Assembly (NCBI GenBank): GCA_016935525.1
Contig: JAFGQU010000002.1
Location: forward strand, 98,560-162,559
Direction: 5' to 3'
Source: Candidatus Omnitrophota bacterium
GTDB taxonomy: Bacteria > Omnitrophota > Gorgyraeia > Duberdicusellales > 4484-171
Length of the DNA: 64,000 nt
The notes under the pieces are model-generated. The model searched no databases and was not told the origin of the DNA. It saw only the letters and a program-made list of their open reading frames with translations. Made by a program: the position numbers and the translations under genes. Within the stretch, counting starts at the first letter, position 1, and every line of letters starts with the position of its first letter. This document shows positions 36,645-45,458 of this stretch, piece by piece.

Positions 36645-37507
36645 AAAGAGACCAAATAGGCGATGCTAAGGCCGATATGGCCGGTAATCAGTATACAATA
36701 CATATGCCACCAAGAAATATGGTTTTCGTTACCGGCTACACGACAGGGATATTTCCTGATAAGATATACGACATACCTTCCCCACACACTTAATAAAAGA
36801 AGCGGGAATACGCTCACGGGCAATATGTTCCATAGTATCCCTAACGGTATCATGAAAAAAGGGATATAAAAAAATGGGGCGATGAGCTTAATCGTTTTCT
36901 CCCGTCCATAAAGGACCGGGAGTGTTTTGACCCCTTCGCACTCATCACCGGCAATATCATTAAAGTCTTTTGTCGTGACCGCCCCCCAAAGGTAGAGTGT
37001 AAACATGAATCCGATAAACCATGGCTCCCACGTAAAAATCGTCTTTTTTATACTCCATCCGGCAAGGATTACACCCGCCCCGCGAGGAAATGCGATCGCG
37101 AGATTGTTTAAAAAAGGCTTCTTTTTACTCCGCAACGGAGGAGCTGAATAGAAAAAGGTAAATAGCGATCCGCATATAATAAGCAAAAAGAATCTTAACC
37201 CCACGCTCCCGGCAAGGGAAAAACTTACGATATAAAGGGTTATGGCAAATATCAACGCCTGAGACCGTAAGATCCTTTTGGAAGGGATAGGCCTTTGCGG
37301 CTTATTAATTGCATCCGCTTCGTAGTCAAAATACTGGTTAATGACATTAGAGGCGGCATTAAGAAACATCCCGGCACATGCCCCTATAATTACCTTCACA
37401 TCAGGGAAATTTCTCGATGCGATTATTCCTCCGGCGATTACCCCGCTCACCGGAGCCAGAAGGGTAAAAGGGCGGACAAGTTCTACATAAATTTTATATA
37501 TGCCCAC
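36641..37507 (-). CDS. UbiA-family prenyltransferase (ChlG/HPT/LyeJ/DGGGPS-like branch)
   Basis: LVRPFT, NQYFDYEADAINKPQRPIPS, YSAPPLR.K and KDFNDIAGD..EGVKTLPV. Confidence 0.9.
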   Translation of the reverse strand: MGIYKIYVELVRPFTLLAPVSGVIAGGIIASRNFPDVKVIIGACAGMFLNAASNVINQYFDYEADAINKPQRPIPSKRILRSQALIFAITLYIVSFSLAGSVGLRFFLLIICGSLFTFFYSAPPLRSKKKPFLNNLAIAFPRGAGVILAGWSIKKTIFTWEPWFIGFMFTLYLWGAVTTKDFNDIAGDECEGVKTLPVLYGREKTIKLIAPFFYIPFFMIPLGILWNILPVSVFPLLLLSVWGRYVVYLIRKYPCRVAGNENHISWWHMYCILITGHIGLSIAYLVSL

Positions 37508-37566
37508 TTTTTTAGATGTACTTTATCTCAACGTATACGCTAAGCCTTAAAAATATATTTAAAATC

Positions 37567-37594
37567 ATTGTACTGGGTTCGATTTGAGTGTCAA
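37567..37594 (-). promoter_or_regulatory. Sigma70 promoter for the UbiA-rSAM-GT2 operon
   Basis: TTGACA (37594-37589)-16 nt-TACAAT (37572-37567). Confidence 0.55.
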
Positions 37595-37794
37595 GCCAGC
37601 TATTGCCTCAGGATCGACCGGCAGATCATCTGTCCGCTGCTCTTCGGTGTGGTTTCTATCTCCCTGCCGGACATAGACAATCTCTTGCATACAATATCCC
37701 AAATATGATACTATGATGACAATGTTTTATTACACGCATCGTCATTACCGGAGGAACCATATTTCTACTTAATCCTTATTCCTATCGGAGAAAT

Positions 37795-38670
37795 ATGTCG
37801 ATCTCAATCGTAATGCCTACCTATAATTGCCGGGACCTCATCGCCGACACGTTACATCCCCTCCTGGCCGCACCCGGTTATTTCCAGGAATTGATCATTA
37901 TTGATAACGGATCAAACGACGGGACCAAAGAATTTATCCAAAACCGATACCCCGATATCACCCTTATCGCAAACTCCCACAATCGCGGAGCAAGCGCCGC
38001 TCGTAATCAGGGAATCGACCGGGCCCAGGAAGAATATATTTTATGTATGGATTGTGACGTGATGTTAAGTAAAGGATTTTTTAAAAACCTCAAGAGGATC
38101 CTGAAAAAACTGCCTGAAAGTGTCGCCGCCATCTCGCCAAAAACCATCCAGTCCGGCACCGACAAAATATTCTCTTGCGGACTAGCCGTCTCCTCTCTAT
38201 TAAGAACCCATGATATCGGCAAAAATAAGGATACCGCCTCATTGGGGAAAAGAAAACCTATCGACGGCCCCAACACCTGCTGTGCGATCTACCGTAAAAA
38301 GTATCTCGATTTGGTAAAAGAGCATTCTTATTTTGACGAAGACTTCTTTTTTATCGGAGAAGATGCCGACCTGGCCTTACGGTTTAAGGAGAAAGGATTC
38401 CTTTGCCTTATGTTTCCGCAATTAACCTGCAGCCACCGGGGAAAAAGTTCCGGGTTTTCAGACCAACGCCGGCGTTATTTCTCATTCCGTAACCGTCTTT
38501 ACATGATCCTCAAACATTATCGGGGAAAAAATATGGCTTCCTTTTTTATAAGAAGTTTTTTCTATGATGTTATCCGTACCGTTCATTTTTTCTTAACCAA
38601 CAAGTACGCTTTTAACATATTTTCCGACCTCTATGAAAAATGGCAAAAAGAAAAAAATAATCATATTTAA
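37795..38670 (+). CDS. GT2 family glycosyltransferase (rhamnosyltransferase-like)
   Basis: SIVMPTYN, IIDNGSNDGT, N.G.SAARNQG, MDCD and FDEDFF..GED.DL. Confidence 0.88.
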   Translation: MSISIVMPTYNCRDLIADTLHPLLAAPGYFQELIIIDNGSNDGTKEFIQNRYPDITLIANSHNRGASAARNQGIDRAQEEYILCMDCDVMLSKGFFKNLKRILKKLPESVAAISPKTIQSGTDKIFSCGLAVSSLLRTHDIGKNKDTASLGKRKPIDGPNTCCAIYRKKYLDLVKEHSYFDEDFFFIGEDADLALRFKEKGFLCLMFPQLTCSHRGKSSGFSDQRRRYFSFRNRLYMILKHYRGKNMASFFIRSFFYDVIRTVHFFLTNKYAFNIFSDLYEKWQKEKNNHI

Positions 38671-39757
38671 TCCGGCCGCGAACCTTTATGGGACCGAACG
38701 CGGGCTTATGAATTTTATCAAAGCTATTGGCGATAGGTTCGAGGTTACCGTAATCCTTCCCGAAACCGGGCCGCTCGTCGAACAATTGAGAAGGTTACCC
38801 TTTTCTTGCCGGATAAAAATATTTCCTCTTGCGATACTCGTCAATTCGTATTCTCCCCTCTATTATCTGTTCTTTTTGATGTATTCTCTGCTCAATGTAG
38901 GGTACTTCACTCTCTATATTGCCGTAAAAAAAATAGATATCGTCTGTACGAACAGCTTATTGATCCCGACCCCTGCGCTTATCGCCTGGATTTTGAAACG
39001 CACACACATCTGGTATATCTGGGAGATGAGCCCGCGGGTGGCGTTAAACCGGTTATGTTCCCGGTATATCCAGACTTTCTCTTCTGCGATCATCTGCGCT
39101 TCACACACGATTAAAACATATCTTGCTCTTCCGGATTCGACTAAAGTGGTGTATAATCCGATCGATCCGGCGCAATATCGAATCTATGCCCCGGCCCGGG
39201 CCCGAAGAGATCTGGCGTTACCTCAAGCAGCTATCGTCCTTACGATAATCGCGCGCATCCACCCTTCAAAAGGTCAGTTGGAGTTTCTTCGTTCTTACCA
39301 TACAATACTGAAAAAATATCCTGAGGTAATTCTCCTTATCGTAGGCGATATCGGCGTGAAAACATTACGGAATAGTATGTACAAAAAAAACCTGTTACAT
39401 TTCATCCGCACCCACTGTCCGAATAACATCCGCTATGTAGGTGCCCGTAACGATATCGATAAGCTACTCTCGGCCAGTGACATATGTATCTTCCCTTTTT
39501 GCCGGATCGAACCGTTCGGGATAGCGCTCGCCGAGGCCCTCAGCTTTCAGAAACGGTGTCTTTTCCCCGGCTCCGGGGGATTTAAAGAAATCGGCACGCT
39601 GTTCTCGCAAGGTGAAGAGTTACGCCAGGACACACTCGAGGAAGCCATACTCCAATGCCGGACATCAAAAAAAGAAACCGTTAAAGAATTATTCGTTCCT
39701 TTTGCTCTCTCGGTCGATTATTATACACAAGCTATTGAAAACATTCTTGCACGATGA
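38633..39757 (+). CDS. GT4 family glycosyltransferase
   Basis: YGTER, VVYNPID, ARIHPSKG and EPFGIALAEA (EX7E). Confidence 0.85.
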   Translation: MKNGKKKKIIIFNPAANLYGTERGLMNFIKAIGDRFEVTVILPETGPLVEQLRRLPFSCRIKIFPLAILVNSYSPLYYLFFLMYSLLNVGYFTLYIAVKKIDIVCTNSLLIPTPALIAWILKRTHIWYIWEMSPRVALNRLCSRYIQTFSSAIICASHTIKTYLALPDSTKVVYNPIDPAQYRIYAPARARRDLALPQAAIVLTIIARIHPSKGQLEFLRSYHTILKKYPEVILLIVGDIGVKTLRNSMYKKNLLHFIRTHCPNNIRYVGARNDIDKLLSASDICIFPFCRIEPFGIALAEALSFQKRCLFPGSGGFKEIGTLFSQGEELRQDTLEEAILQCRTSKKETVKELFVPFALSVDYYTQAIENILAR

Positions 39758-40890
39758 AAAATCCGGAAAAGAAAATCCTCTTTATCATTACCCATTTAAA
39801 GTTAGGCGGCGCCCAGAAACACCTGTTTTCTCTTATAGACCATTGCCTGGCATCCGGATATACCGTACACCTTATCACCGGAAGAGACGGCTTTTTCTTG
39901 CAAAAGCTGATCAAATTTCCTCAATTAAAGGTTATATGCATCCCGGCTCTGGTCAGACACATCAATTTATTTAATGATATCGCAAGTTTTTTCACGATCT
40001 ATTTTTATATAAAAAAACATACATTCTCGCTCGTCCACACTCATTCTCCCAAAGGCTCTTTTCTGGGACGATGGGCGGCATATGCATCCGGCGTAAAAAA
40101 TATCGTCTATACGGTCCATGGCTGGCCGTTTCACTATCCGATGAATATTCTTACGTATGGGTTTTATGCATTTCTGGAAAGGATCAGCGCGCGGATCACT
40201 CGAAAGATCATCATCGTTTCCTCTGCCGATTTGAATACCGCGTTACAAAAGAAAATCGCGCCCCCTGAGAAGATGGAACTTATCCACTGCGGCGTACACG
40301 TAGAATACTGCGAAAAAATATACCGTCACCGGTCCCCTCCGTTAAAAAATAACCCCATGATCATTACGGTTTCTGCGCTGAAACCACAAAAAGGACTGAT
40401 GCATTTTCTCTCCATGGCTGCCTATGTCACCGAAACATTCAAAAATGCTCAGTTCTACATTATCGGCGAAGGCCCGTTAAGAAAACAATTAGAAAAAAGA
40501 ATAAAAAATCTTGGCCTCAAAGAAAACGTGCATTTGATTGATTGGCATGAAGATCTTTCTTTTTTCTATACGCACGCCTCGCTGTTTGTACTTTCTTCAC
40601 TCTGGGAAGGATTGCCGATGGCGCTTATCGAAGCGGTGCTTTCGGGAATACCGGTTTTAGTCAGCGACACGCAAGGCATACACGATATCGTTTCGCAAAA
40701 CGAACAAGGCCGGATCGTGAGACTTGACTCGCTTGATTCTTTAGGAAAAGTATGCCGAGAGTTATTGCAGAATATCGAGTATTGGAATATAATAGTCTCA
40801 CACGCCAGGAAAAATATTCTTCGCGATTACTGGTCCGAACAAAGGGCCTTAAGAGAAATAGATTCGTTATATTCTCGATTGTGTATATGA
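39754..40890 (+). CDS. GT4 family glycosyltransferase
   Basis: GGAQK, VHTHSPK, YTVHGW, KPQKG and SSLWEGLPMALIEA. Confidence 0.9.
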   Translation: MKNPEKKILFIITHLKLGGAQKHLFSLIDHCLASGYTVHLITGRDGFFLQKLIKFPQLKVICIPALVRHINLFNDIASFFTIYFYIKKHTFSLVHTHSPKGSFLGRWAAYASGVKNIVYTVHGWPFHYPMNILTYGFYAFLERISARITRKIIIVSSADLNTALQKKIAPPEKMELIHCGVHVEYCEKIYRHRSPPLKNNPMIITVSALKPQKGLMHFLSMAAYVTETFKNAQFYIIGEGPLRKQLEKRIKNLGLKENVHLIDWHEDLSFFYTHASLFVLSSLWEGLPMALIEAVLSGIPVLVSDTQGIHDIVSQNEQGRIVRLDSLDSLGKVCRELLQNIEYWNIIVSHARKNILRDYWSEQRALREIDSLYSRLCI

Positions 40891-41852
40891 CATATGCATT
40901 AAATTTTTTCCTGACGCTCACCATTTCTTTTGTTTTCTTTTCATTCCTGCTCAAAATCTCATCCCGGATCAAGCAGTTTCAGGACCAGGGAGTCTCGGTC
41001 CTGGGCGGGACCGGCATACTGTTTTCCGGTACTCTGTTTCTCGCCTATATTCATTTTTACCGTTCTCCGTTACCGCCGGAGCTGCTCAACATCTGTCTTT
41101 TTGCCTCTATTATTTTCTTCGTAGGATTACTGGACGATATCCGCGAGCTTTCGCTTCTTTTAAAACTGATAATCCAGATTGTCGTATTCGCCCTGTTTCT
41201 TTTGACTGCCAAAGGGGTACACATATATTTTTTGCCGGGATACCTTAACTATCTTATTTCCTTTTTGTGGCTGGTGGGTATCACCAATGCCTTTAATTTA
41301 CTCGATATCAATGACGGCCTCTGCAGCGGAGTGAGCCTGCTGACCGGACTTTCCTTTGCGATCGCTGCATTCCTTTGCAACGATATCATCATCACTCATC
41401 TTTTTATCTGTATTTCGGCGACGTTATTCGCGTTTTACGTCCTTAATGTCCCCCCAGCCAGGATGTATTTAGGAAATTCAGGAAGTCACTTCCTGGGATT
41501 CCTTTTTGCGTCCTTAAGTATGCACATAGATTATACGGCCATCGCACGGACCTATACCGTTTTGATTCCTCTCCTTTTTCTGGCCTTCCCCATTCTCGAC
41601 ACTTTCTTCCTCATCTTCGCCCGGGCTAAAAGGGGGATCCTTCCGTTACATAAAAGTAATGACCATATTTTTATGCGGCTGACAAAAAAGGGTATCCGTT
41701 ATCACCGCGCTCTGCTTATTATTTATATGGTGACGATAAACTGGTGCGCAACCGGTATCTTTATGCTGTTAGGAAAAGAAATTGCCGCCATATGCTGTCT
41801 GATTATTGCCGGTATCTTAACCTTACTTACGATAAAAAAAGCCCGCCGATAG
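40887..41852 (+). CDS. WecA/TagO (MraY-family) undecaprenyl-phosphate sugar-1-phosphate transferase; start revised to 40887
   Basis: GLLDDIREL, NAFNLLDINDGL, NVPPARMYLGNSGS, PILDT and DHI; ATGA overlap. Confidence 0.88.
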   Translation: MTYALNFFLTLTISFVFFSFLLKISSRIKQFQDQGVSVLGGTGILFSGTLFLAYIHFYRSPLPPELLNICLFASIIFFVGLLDDIRELSLLLKLIIQIVVFALFLLTAKGVHIYFLPGYLNYLISFLWLVGITNAFNLLDINDGLCSGVSLLTGLSFAIAAFLCNDIIITHLFICISATLFAFYVLNVPPARMYLGNSGSHFLGFLFASLSMHIDYTAIARTYTVLIPLLFLAFPILDTFFLIFARAKRGILPLHKSNDHIFMRLTKKGIRYHRALLIIYMVTINWCATGIFMLLGKEIAAICCLIIAGILTLLTIKKARR

Positions 41853-41853
41853 A

Positions 41854-42618
41854 ATGGCAAAACTTATTTTTCTGGGAACATCTTCCAGTATCCCCTCGGT
41901 TCGACGCGATAATACCGCCTTACTCTTACGCTATGGAAATACCTCTTTATTAATCGATTGCCCCGGCTCACTCGTCCAGAAACTCTCTAAAGCCCATATC
42001 GATTTCAAAAAAATCCGCCGGGTAATCATCACTCATCACCATATCGATCATTATTACGGACTGTTCCACCTCATCCACGCTCAAGCTTATATAAACACAA
42101 AAGTAACGATATACAGCAACCTTGCGGTGATCGGTTTATTGAAAACGCTTCTTAAAAAAATGGACCTTACCCGCCCGCGGTATCCCAAAATAGAATTTAA
42201 GGATGTCTTTTCAAAAAAATATTTCTATTCTCATGGCGGTCTTACCATACGCGCGGTAAAGAATTGTCACGTCGATGATTCTTTCGGAACGAAAATATCG
42301 TTTCGAAAAAAGAATATATTATACAGTTCAGATACTGCCCTTTGCTCATCCGTAATCGCCCAGGCCGCAGATTGCGATTATCTTATTCATGACTGTACCG
42401 CGTCGTCTTCTTATTTCCGCAGGCATCCCCGGTTGGATGAAGTCCATACCAACGCTAAAGACCTTACCGTGACGTTTATTCGTTCGAAAATAAAAAAAAT
42501 AATCCCGGTACATTTTTTATTACTGCGTAAAGACGAAGAACAAAAGATAAAAAAAGAATTAAAACCTTTCGGTAAAAGGCTGTTTTTCCCTTCGGATTTT
42601 GACGTAATTGAATTTTAA
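41854..42618 (+). CDS. Metallo-beta-lactamase fold ribonuclease Z/BN-like protein
   Basis: FLGTSSSIP, LIDC, THHHIDH, YSSDT, LIHDCT, HT and VHF. Confidence 0.75.
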   Translation: MAKLIFLGTSSSIPSVRRDNTALLLRYGNTSLLIDCPGSLVQKLSKAHIDFKKIRRVIITHHHIDHYYGLFHLIHAQAYINTKVTIYSNLAVIGLLKTLLKKMDLTRPRYPKIEFKDVFSKKYFYSHGGLTIRAVKNCHVDDSFGTKISFRKKNILYSSDTALCSSVIAQAADCDYLIHDCTASSSYFRRHPRLDEVHTNAKDLTVTFIRSKIKKIIPVHFLLLRKDEEQKIKKELKPFGKRLFFPSDFDVIEF

Positions 42619-42636
42619 GAAAGGGCGGGCATGGGT

Positions 42637-43305
42637 TCAGGTGCTCTTTAAGAGACGGCGGGCAGCATCCATATAATCTGCCTGCTGGATAATCGGCCGG
42701 CCGACCACAAAATAATCCACTTGAGCGCGCAGGGCATCGGCAACCGTTGCGATCCTCCTCTGGTCATCGCCGCCTTGGGCGCGGATCCCCGGAGTAATGG
42801 TTATAAGTGAAAGGTCCGTTTTGATTTGTCGGGCTTCCCATACACTGCAAACAACAGCTTCTAATCCGGCGATCGAAGCATCCTGAGCCAGAGAAAACAC
42901 CTTATCAATACTGGAGACCTGAGAGGTAAGTTCAGTCACTCCGACAAGGAGCGGTTTACGAAGCTTCTTTTTGTCCGCATGCTCCCGTAATGAATCCGCG
43001 AGTATTTTGAGCGATTCTCCTCCGGACTTAGCATGGACCGTGATCCCCCACACACCCATATCGGTCATCACTTTTACCGCTTCCGTCATAGTGTGAGGGA
43101 TATCAAACAGTTTTAAATCAAGAAATACGTCGACTTTTTTCTTCGTCAACCATTGGATGATGTTCGGCCCTAAGAGAGTATAGGCAATAAGGCCTACTTT
43201 GAACTTTTTTACCCGGGGAGAAAGCTCATCTACAATACGTTTGATCTCTTTTTCCCGGTTGAGATCTAAGGCAACGATCAATTTATCCCAAGCCAGTTTA
43301 TTCAT
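42637..43305 (-). CDS. pyrF: Orotidine-5'-phosphate decarboxylase
   Basis: LIVALD, FKVG, FLDLKLFDIPHT, TPGIR, DDQ.R and VVGRPI. Confidence 0.95.
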   Translation of the reverse strand: MNKLAWDKLIVALDLNREKEIKRIVDELSPRVKKFKVGLIAYTLLGPNIIQWLTKKKVDVFLDLKLFDIPHTMTEAVKVMTDMGVWGITVHAKSGGESLKILADSLREHADKKKLRKPLLVGVTELTSQVSSIDKVFSLAQDASIAGLEAVVCSVWEARQIKTDLSLITITPGIRAQGGDDQRRIATVADALRAQVDYFVVGRPIIQQADYMDAARRLLKST

Positions 43306-44215
43306 GCGCCCTCCCGGTCAATTCGTTTATCTTTTTTATTTTATGAGCCCGCATATACGCGATGATCCCCCCGGTAATATCTGCGCAGGCGTTCGGATAA
43401 AGAAAATTGAGCGTACCGATACTTACCACGTGCGCGCCGGCAAGGAAAAATTCTATCGCGTCGGCCGCGTTCATTACGCCGCCGCCGCCGATAAGCGGGA
43501 TATCCACTGCCTGAGCCGCGTTCCATACCCGATACACGCTTAACGGTTTGATTCCTTTTCCGGAATATCCTCCATAGCCTTTGCCTAAATAAGGTTTTTG
43601 CCGGACGATATCGATGGCCATGCCGAAAAAAGTGTTGACCAGAGACACCGCGTCAGCCCCGCCGCTCTTTGCCGCACCGACTATTTTCGCGATATCTTCT
43701 GTCTCCCCGGTCACCTTCACAATCAGGGGCCTTGCGGTCTTTGCCCGCAACGTCTTGACTACTTTATAGGTAGCGTGGGGATCCTGGGAAATCATCCGTT
43801 TTAACTGCAGGTTAGGACAGGATAAATTTATTTCATAGGCTCTGATACCTTTTACCGATTCAAGTTTTTTTAACACTTCCTTGTATTCTTCAAAGGTATG
43901 CCCGCCGATACTTACAATACATTCACACGGTATCTTTTTTATGTGCGGCACATAGTCTTGAATAAATATATCGACACCGGGATTTTCCAGCCCGATAGAA
44001 TTCAAAACGCCGGTTTCTACCTCAATGATCCGGGGCGGTAGATTGCCCACGCGGGGCTCACCCGTGATGGTTTTGGTAATAAACGCCCCCAATCGCGAAA
44101 AGTCGGTAAGCCCCTTCATCTCTAATCCGTAACCGAACGTCCCGGAAGCGCATACGATAGGTGACTTTAAAGTAAGTGTGCCTAATTTTACTTTTATATC
44201 GACTGGTTTTGACAT
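43298..44215 (-). CDS. pyrD: Dihydroorotate dehydrogenase 1B, catalytic subunit
   Basis: ASGTFGYG, NSIGLENPG, EINLSCPN, NT..GMAID and GG.SG..IKP. Confidence 0.95.
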   Translation of the reverse strand: MSKPVDIKVKLGTLTLKSPIVCASGTFGYGLEMKGLTDFSRLGAFITKTITGEPRVGNLPPRIIEVETGVLNSIGLENPGVDIFIQDYVPHIKKIPCECIVSIGGHTFEEYKEVLKKLESVKGIRAYEINLSCPNLQLKRMISQDPHATYKVVKTLRAKTARPLIVKVTGETEDIAKIVGAAKSGGADAVSLVNTFFGMAIDIVRQKPYLGKGYGGYSGKGIKPLSVYRVWNAAQAVDIPLIGGGGVMNAADAIEFFLAGAHVVSIGTLNFLYPNACADITGGIIAYMRAHKIKKINELTGRAHE

Positions 44216-44223
44216 AAAAAGAA

Positions 44224-44583
44224 TTATTTGCCCAGGATCATTTTAAGAGCGACCCCTAATAAAAATACTCCAAAGACTTTCTTCAACAACGGCTCGCTTA
44301 TTCTATGAGCTATTTCGGCCCCCAGATATCCTCCGATAAAAAAACCGATACACACAAAGATCGCAAGCGATACTTTGACGTTCCCTTCGGAATAGTAGCG
44401 CATGGCCGCCAATAGCCCTATCGGCGGGACCATTAACGCCAGAGTCGTACCTTGAGCTTGATGTTGAGTCAATCCGAAAAGGAAGATGAATGCCGGAATA
44501 AGAATGGTGCCGCCGCCGATTCCGAATATGCCGCTGGCGACTCCCGCGAGCAACCCTAACAATATATACACGGCTATATTCAT
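44224..44583 (-). CDS. Half-size TauE/SafE (TSUP) family membrane protein
   Basis: GLLAG..SG.FGIGGG..IP and QHQAQGTTL; 119 aa, a single repeat. Confidence 0.85.
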   Translation of the reverse strand: MNIAVYILLGLLAGVASGIFGIGGGTILIPAFIFLFGLTQHQAQGTTLALMVPPIGLLAAMRYYSEGNVKVSLAIFVCIGFFIGGYLGAEIAHRISEPLLKKVFGVFLLGVALKMILGK

Positions 44584-44595
44584 GAGTCCTCCTTA

Positions 44596-45411
44596 TTAAA
44601 AAATACTCTTTAAATCAAAAACCGGCCCGTCTTTACAGACCCGTTTATACCCGTCGTGTGTATCGATGACACAGCCCAGGCACACCCCTATTCCGCACCC
44701 CATGAACTGCTCAAAAGAGACTTCGCAATCACAAAAAGGATATTGTTTTAACAAACGCGCGCATTCGGCGAACATCGGTTTAGGACCGCAGGCATATATT
44801 TTTATCCGGGGATTCTTATCTTTCACCTGGATAAGTTTTTTCTCCAACGCATCGATTACCGAGCCTTTGATCCCTATAGTCCCGTCATCGCTCGCCGTAT
44901 ATATTTTGAACTGGCGGGGAAAATCACTTTTAGCAATGAGGTCTTTTTTTGTTTTTACGCCTACACACACATGTGCATCTACTAATGACCGGCCCGTACC
45001 CTGGGCTATTTTTTGTGAAAGAAATACCAAAGGAGCGACCCCCATCCCTCCGGCAACGAGAAACACATGAGAATATTTATGTGCCTCATGAAAACGAAAC
45101 CCATTCCCCAGCGGCCCCAGTATGTCGAGCGTATCGCCGCGGTGATATTCTTTCAATCGCCTTGTTCCCCGGCCGACCACCCGGAATAATAAAAAGACTT
45201 CATTCCCTTTTATCTTATGGATACTGAACGGCCTTCGTAACGATAATCCACCTCCCACATTCACATGGACAAATTGCCCGGGGCGGGCGCATCGCGCAAG
45301 ATGCTCCGAGACAAAGCTTAACCGGTAGGTCTGATAAGCGACTTTTTCTATCGTGCGCAGACTACACTGGATATGTTTTATCGCATCCCTATTTTCTGTT
45401 TTTTTCTTCAT
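44596..45411 (-). CDS. pyrK: Dihydroorotate dehydrogenase electron transfer subunit
   Basis: PGQFV, LRRPFSI, GPLGNGF, AGGMGVAPL, YACGP and MGCGIGVCLGC...VCKDGPVF. Confidence 0.95.
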   Translation of the reverse strand: MKKKTENRDAIKHIQCSLRTIEKVAYQTYRLSFVSEHLARCARPGQFVHVNVGGGLSLRRPFSIHKIKGNEVFLLFRVVGRGTRRLKEYHRGDTLDILGPLGNGFRFHEAHKYSHVFLVAGGMGVAPLVFLSQKIAQGTGRSLVDAHVCVGVKTKKDLIAKSDFPRQFKIYTASDDGTIGIKGSVIDALEKKLIQVKDKNPRIKIYACGPKPMFAECARLLKQYPFCDCEVSFEQFMGCGIGVCLGCVIDTHDGYKRVCKDGPVFDLKSIF

Positions 45412-45458
45412 CGTATTTCATTGATCCGATATTATTGTAACGGAGCCTTTCTTCCTTC

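Noticed and set aside
1-37507. RiPP cluster interpretation for the many radical SAM enzymes
   Set aside because: No precursor peptide, RRE/PqqD domain, SPASM motif or peptide exporter is seen; the neighbours are lipid and glycan enzymes
33895-37507. Bacteriochlorophyll synthesis (bchG/bchE)
   Set aside because: Only family-level resemblance; no chelatase, reductase or reaction-centre genes in the window
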